DNA of 64,000 nucleotides from an uncultured delta proteobacterium (GTDB lineage Bacteria; Desulfobacterota; Binatia; UBA9968): NCBI GenBank assembly GCA_963816145.1, contig CAWFJP010000014.1, positions 384,001 to 448,000 of the forward strand, read 5' to 3'. Shown piece by piece: positions 60,081 to 64,000 of this stretch (position 1 is its first letter; each line of letters starts with the position of its first letter). The notes under the pieces were generated by a model. It saw only the letters and a program-made list of their open reading frames with translations, ran no database searches and was not told where the DNA came from. The position numbers and the translations under genes were made by a program.

Positions 60081-60818
60081 ATGACCGATTACTCAATAAA
60101 AAAGCATCTTCTCACTGAAAAAGAGTCCTCACGGCTTGAGCAACTGGGCGTCGAACTAGCTCCGAGTTCGTTGAAGTTAGAACGAGCGCTTTCACGTCGC
60201 GAGATGTTGGAGGTGTGGGGTATCATTTGGGCCCTCCGGGAACGAACCGCAGATCCAGAGAACGGCATTCAATTTGCCGTCGGGGATTGGTTGGTTGCTG
60301 CCGAATCGAGGTTTGGTAATTTTTGTGACCTTGTCCGAGAGGACGGCCTTCCACGCCCTAGAGTGATGATTTGCTACAAACACCAGGATTCGGAACGAGA
60401 CCAATGGGTTCAACGACTCTGTACTGATTTGCGGTCGAAGTTCGGAGTCGATGCAAAGCTCGACGATTTCGAAGTTGACTACGGTCAATCGTTCAGCGAC
60501 TACATGACATCGGAAATTGATCGCGAATGTGATGCGTTGTTATTCGTTATTACGTCGGCATCAGTTGCAGCCGTGGACGAGAAAAAAGCTGGCGGAGTTC
60601 ATTTTGAAATGCAATTAGCGAATGCGAGGCGAATTCGCGATTTGAGCTTCCGCATAATAGGAGTCTACCGCGAAGGTACTGAGATGACATCGTACCTACA
60701 TGACCTTCGCTACATAGATTTCAGAGATGATGGTTTGTACGGGACCCAGATTCGAGAATTGGCCCTCTCTCTGTGGGGCCAACGGAACAGGCCGCTTCTG
60801 CGGGATCAACTCGCATGA
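60081..60818 (+). CDS. TIR/SEFIR-domain protein with unknown N-terminal domain (cassette 3)
   Basis: PRVMICYKHQD...WVQRLCTDLR...GVDAKLD...GGVHFE...PS-like TSYLHDLRYIDF. Confidence 0.8.
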   Translation: MTDYSIKKHLLTEKESSRLEQLGVELAPSSLKLERALSRREMLEVWGIIWALRERTADPENGIQFAVGDWLVAAESRFGNFCDLVREDGLPRPRVMICYKHQDSERDQWVQRLCTDLRSKFGVDAKLDDFEVDYGQSFSDYMTSEIDRECDALLFVITSASVAAVDEKKAGGVHFEMQLANARRIRDLSFRIIGVYREGTEMTSYLHDLRYIDFRDDGLYGTQIRELALSLWGQRNRPLLRDQLA

Positions 60819-60840
60819 GATCGATTGAGCGCAACCGGTT

Positions 60841-60904
60841 GCCTAACAACCGGTTTGAGTCCAGCGTTCCTAAACGTAGCGCGACTTAACCGTAAGCGTT
60901 AAGC
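60841..60904 (+). mobile_element. attC site 3
   Basis: GCCTAAC-aac-CGGTTTGAGTC ... GACTTAACCG-taagc-GTTAAGC. Confidence 0.82.
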
Positions 60905-60926
60905 GGACAGTAGAGGAAATGCATTC

Positions 60927-61469
60927 ATGGCAAAAAGGCGGAAGGCGCGGTTTAGCGTAAGGCCCCGCGATAAGAACGTCTGGGCCAACTCAACGTGGCG
61001 AATATGGCGCGGTGAACTCCGCAGGCGTCCTGGCCCACCCGGCCAGAGCCTATTCAAGGTCGTCGCCGAGAAACTGCCTTACGAATCGATCCGGACGGTT
61101 GAGAAAGTCATGAAGGAGCGTCGCCTCAGCCGAACTGGTGTGTACGTGGCCCACGACTCCATGGGTACCGCACGCTATATAGGCAGAGGGAGAATCTTCA
61201 GTCGGCTAAAGGCACACCATCGGAGGTATCCGCTTGTTTTTCTCTACTATTCGTTCTACGTCGTTCCCAACAAGAGCCATGAACGTGAGGTTGAGACCCT
61301 CCTTATTCGAGCGGCGGGTTCGCTCCTAGAATTTAACCAAAAGAAAAAGCGCGTCACCATATCCGCGGGAAGTATCCGCGACTACGAAGCAGGGACCGTC
61401 TATTTTCAGAGGCACCGTCGTCGTGAGTCGTCGAAAAGAAAGAAAATTTGTGAGAACAGCGCCTCCTAA
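60927..61469 (+). CDS. GIY-YIG nuclease family protein (cassette 4)
   Basis: GVYVAHD...RYIGRG...SRLKAH...EVETLLIR...FN. Confidence 0.8.
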   Translation: MAKRRKARFSVRPRDKNVWANSTWRIWRGELRRRPGPPGQSLFKVVAEKLPYESIRTVEKVMKERRLSRTGVYVAHDSMGTARYIGRGRIFSRLKAHHRRYPLVFLYYSFYVVPNKSHEREVETLLIRAAGSLLEFNQKKKRVTISAGSIRDYEAGTVYFQRHRRRESSKRKKICENSAS

Positions 61470-61515
61470 TGCAGACAGGGAAGAAAAGGGGATAAGTCCG
61501 ATTATTGACAGTGGT

Positions 61516-61575
61516 GCCTAACCATTGGGTTGAGAAGGCCGCGGCGGACCGCGCCTCGCACCCTAAACGTAAGGC
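61516..61575 (+). mobile_element. attC site 4 (degenerate)
   Basis: GCCTAAC-catt-GGGTTGAGAAGGC ... GCCTCGCACCC-taaac-GTAAGGC; core GTT mutated to GTA. Confidence 0.6.
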
Positions 61576-61810
61576 GTTTACTAGCCCACCCTAAAATGGG
61601 TCAGCCGATCGGGCCAGGTCTAGAATTTGAGCACGAGTGACTTGGATGGTGACTTACAGCTCTACGAAAATTCCTGCGCCAATGACAGCGCATGAATCCC
61701 ATTTGAATATCTCTGCGACGTGGCTGTAAGACCAGTTCATGCGATCGCGTTTATTAAAGCGCGACCGCATGCTCTGGCTTCACACTCGATCTCACGCGTG
61801 ACGTCGAATG

Positions 61811-62101
61811 CTACTTCACTTCGTAACGCTTGACGGTGGCGCGTCCGCCTTGCAAACCGCGTGAATGTTTCTGAATCTCGGTGTGGGCTTCGCCTTTTCG
61901 GTATTTGTCGATGCTCGCCTGACTGTCCCACTCAGAATAGGAGATGAACTCGCCGGGCGCATCGGCGCATTCCAATAGCTTTTCGGACAGACATCCCGGT
62001 TGCTTGATCATGAGAGGGGCGCAGTGGTTTTTCCACAGACTGATCGCTTGGGAAACCTGATCTGGCTTTACGGTAACGAAAATCATTCTGACAAGTGACA
62101 T
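61811..62101 (-). CDS. Antibiotic biosynthesis monooxygenase (ABM) family protein
   Basis: VTVKPD...KQPGCLS...SYSEWDS...YRKGEAH; GAGGAGG RBS. Confidence 0.82.
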   Translation of the reverse strand: MSLVRMIFVTVKPDQVSQAISLWKNHCAPLMIKQPGCLSEKLLECADAPGEFISYSEWDSQASIDKYRKGEAHTEIQKHSRGLQGGRATVKRYEVK

Positions 62102-62442
62102 AACGACCTCCTCGTTAATGAATCAAAGCCAAGAACTTTAACTTTAGAAGATTGTGCCGCGAACCGCTTGGCCAGTTTCTGACTGAGCACAACCCTCGTT
62201 TACCCCTCCTTTCGAAGCTAGACGTTGATTTACCGTCTATCACAAGAATGGGGAAAAACACATTCATTTCAACTGCAACTTGACCGGGCGAATCACGCGT
62301 CATTATCCTGCTGGACTCGACTCCTCGGAGGCGGCCCGCGGCGGAATCCGGCCTTGAAGCGACTGGCTTTTCGCCGGAGCGAGTGACCTAGCAGACAATG
62401 ATCCGCAACCGTGGTAAATCGATCCGAGGAGGAACACAGGAG

Positions 62443-63450
62443 ATGAAGAAATCGCAGTTGCCGGTGTGGATATTTTTAATCGGGTGGGTATGCTCTTCCC
62501 CCTCGGTCTCAATGGCCGCGGAGTGGAAGGACAAAGCCGAGGCGGAAGGGAAATTGGTTTTCTACACCACCGCCAACACGGCGGACACCAAAGCGCTTAC
62601 CGATAGTTTCAAGAAGATTTATCCCAAGATCGAGGTGCAGTTTGAGCGCACCACCGATTCCCAGATGATGGAGAAAATCCTTATCGAGTCTCGGGCGGGA
62701 AAGCCGCTTTGGGACGTGGTGTCGACGACAGGATTTTACGGTTATTTGCTCAAGAAACGCGGGCTTTTGGCCGCCTACGATTCACCGGAACGGAAATTTT
62801 TCCGCGAGGGTTTCAAAGATCCCCAGGGATTTTGGACTTCCAACTATACAACCTACGGCATTTTTGGTTTCAACACTAAACTGGTCTCGAAGGCGAACAT
62901 TCCGCGCTCCCATGATGATCTGCTCAAGCCGGTATGGAAAGGACAAGTCGGCATCGAAAGCCGAGCCTATGAATGGTTCACCGCGACGATCAGCGGCATG
63001 GGAAAAGAAAAAGGGCTGACCTTCATGCGCGCGCTGGCGGCGCAGCAGCCCAACCTGCGCGGCGGTCGAACGCTATTGGCTCAACTGGTTGCCGCCGGGG
63101 AGTTCAACGGCACGCTGACTTCCTACATGCACAACTTCGACTCACTCAAGGCGGGCGGTGCGCCGGTCGATTGGCTGCCGCTGGCGCCGTCGTTCGCCAA
63201 CCTCCATCCCGTGGGACTATCCGCAAAGTCGCCCCACCCCAATGCCGGCAAGCTGTTTATCGATTTCATGCTATCGCGGCGCGGTCAGGAGGTGGTGCGC
63301 GCGCTCAAGCGCATTCCCGATCGCATCGATACTCCGCCCGACCCGCCGACGCTGTTGCAGGGAGTAACGCCGGCCTTTACGGCTCCCGAGGTCTATGACG
63401 ACTTCGATCGCTACATTAAGCTCTATCAGGAAATCTTCGGCGTCAAGTAA
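62443..63450 (+). CDS. ABC substrate-binding protein (Fe3+/polyamine-like)
   Basis: AEAEGKLVFYT, FKKIYPKIEV, GFNTKLV, PHPNAGKLFIDFMLS. Confidence 0.85.
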   Translation: MKKSQLPVWIFLIGWVCSSPSVSMAAEWKDKAEAEGKLVFYTTANTADTKALTDSFKKIYPKIEVQFERTTDSQMMEKILIESRAGKPLWDVVSTTGFYGYLLKKRGLLAAYDSPERKFFREGFKDPQGFWTSNYTTYGIFGFNTKLVSKANIPRSHDDLLKPVWKGQVGIESRAYEWFTATISGMGKEKGLTFMRALAAQQPNLRGGRTLLAQLVAAGEFNGTLTSYMHNFDSLKAGGAPVDWLPLAPSFANLHPVGLSAKSPHPNAGKLFIDFMLSRRGQEVVRALKRIPDRIDTPPDPPTLLQGVTPAFTAPEVYDDFDRYIKLYQEIFGVK

Positions 63451-63562
63451 ATGCTGGCGACGGCCGGACAACCGGCTTCACACGGTAAAATGTAAGCGCT
63501 AAGATTTCTACGAGAGCGATTATCGGTGTTCCGCAAGAGTCGTAGCGATCAAAGGAGGGGTT

Positions 63563-63928
63563 ATGTCGATCAAGCTGAATCACACGATTGTGCCGGCAAA
63601 GGATAAAGAGGCCGCGGCCAAACTGTTCGCGCAGATTTTTGGCCTCAACTACGATGGGCCGATGGGCCATTTTGCCCCGGTGCGGGTGAACGACGAGCTG
63701 ACGATGGACTTCGATAACGCCGACTCCTTCGAGCCGCATCATTATGCTTTCCACGTCAGCGACAATGAATTCGATGCGATCTTTCAGCGCATCCAGGAGG
63801 CCGGCATTGACTGGGGCAGCGGGCCTCGAAGTTCGCGGGACCGGCAACTGAATTCCCGAAAGGACGGGCGCGGCGTTTACTTTCACGTTCTCGACGGTCA
63901 CCTGCTGGAATTGCTGACGCGCCCGTGA
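63563..63928 (+). CDS. VOC/glyoxalase family protein
   Basis: LNHTIVPAKDK, HYAFHVSD, GRGVYF...DGHLLELLTRP. Confidence 0.88.
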   Translation: MSIKLNHTIVPAKDKEAAAKLFAQIFGLNYDGPMGHFAPVRVNDELTMDFDNADSFEPHHYAFHVSDNEFDAIFQRIQEAGIDWGSGPRSSRDRQLNSRKDGRGVYFHVLDGHLLELLTRP

Positions 63929-64000
63929 ACTCGCGTTTCCTGGCGAAGCCTTGCGCCGACGTAATCGTCCGATTTGGGTCCATCGCTCGATTACGTCTTA

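Larger units (their letters stand above)
58578..61575 (+). mobile_element. Integron cassette array lacking integrase (CALIN), 4 cassettes
   Basis: Leading core GTTAGGT at 58578; attC sites at 59047-59133, 59964-60035, 60841-60904 and degenerate 61516-61575; co-oriented AT-richer ORFs; no intI nearby. Confidence 0.85.

Noticed and set aside
58388-61628. Short GGGGA(C/T)AG/GGGTCAG-like motifs near the CALIN edges (58419, 61486, 61593) as RAYT-type REP boundaries
   Set aside because: They are too short and degenerate, and no transposase is present to support the call.

Overview
This is a GC-rich (roughly 55-60% by eye) bacterial chromosomal window with no rRNA, tRNA or CRISPR array seen. The many orphan ABC substrate-binding proteins, sigma-54 activators, CoA-transferases and a Rieske oxygenase resemble Binatia/'Deltaproteobacteria'-type soil bacteria (inference only). 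Many genes, including essential asnS, carry single-base frameshifts that look like long-read assembly errors. Main hidden structure: (1) A probable two-tier sigma cascade. A MEDS-3xGAF sigma-54 activator faces a sigma-54 promoter that drives STAS + ECF sigma + zinc anti-sigma. Six exact copies (plus one near copy) of an ECF-type promoter, G(C/A)A(A/C/T)C-N17-C(A/G)TCTAA, sit in front of neighbouring operons from 7.9 to 27.2 kb. (2) One of those operons starts with an unannotated UxxC selenoprotein redoxin (in-frame TGA plus SECIS-like hairpin), followed by msrPQ. (3) A GxxExxY (PD-(D/E)XK) nuclease gene lies between inverted 9-mer tandem arrays. Two gene-less copies of the same element, and several analogous 6/7/9-mer palindromic array families, are scattered through intergenic spaces. 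(4) An integrase-less integron cassette array (CALIN) encodes PIN, HEPN, TIR and GIY-YIG proteins. (5) Two insertions are each followed by a synonymously diverged duplicate of the 3' end of the upstream gene.
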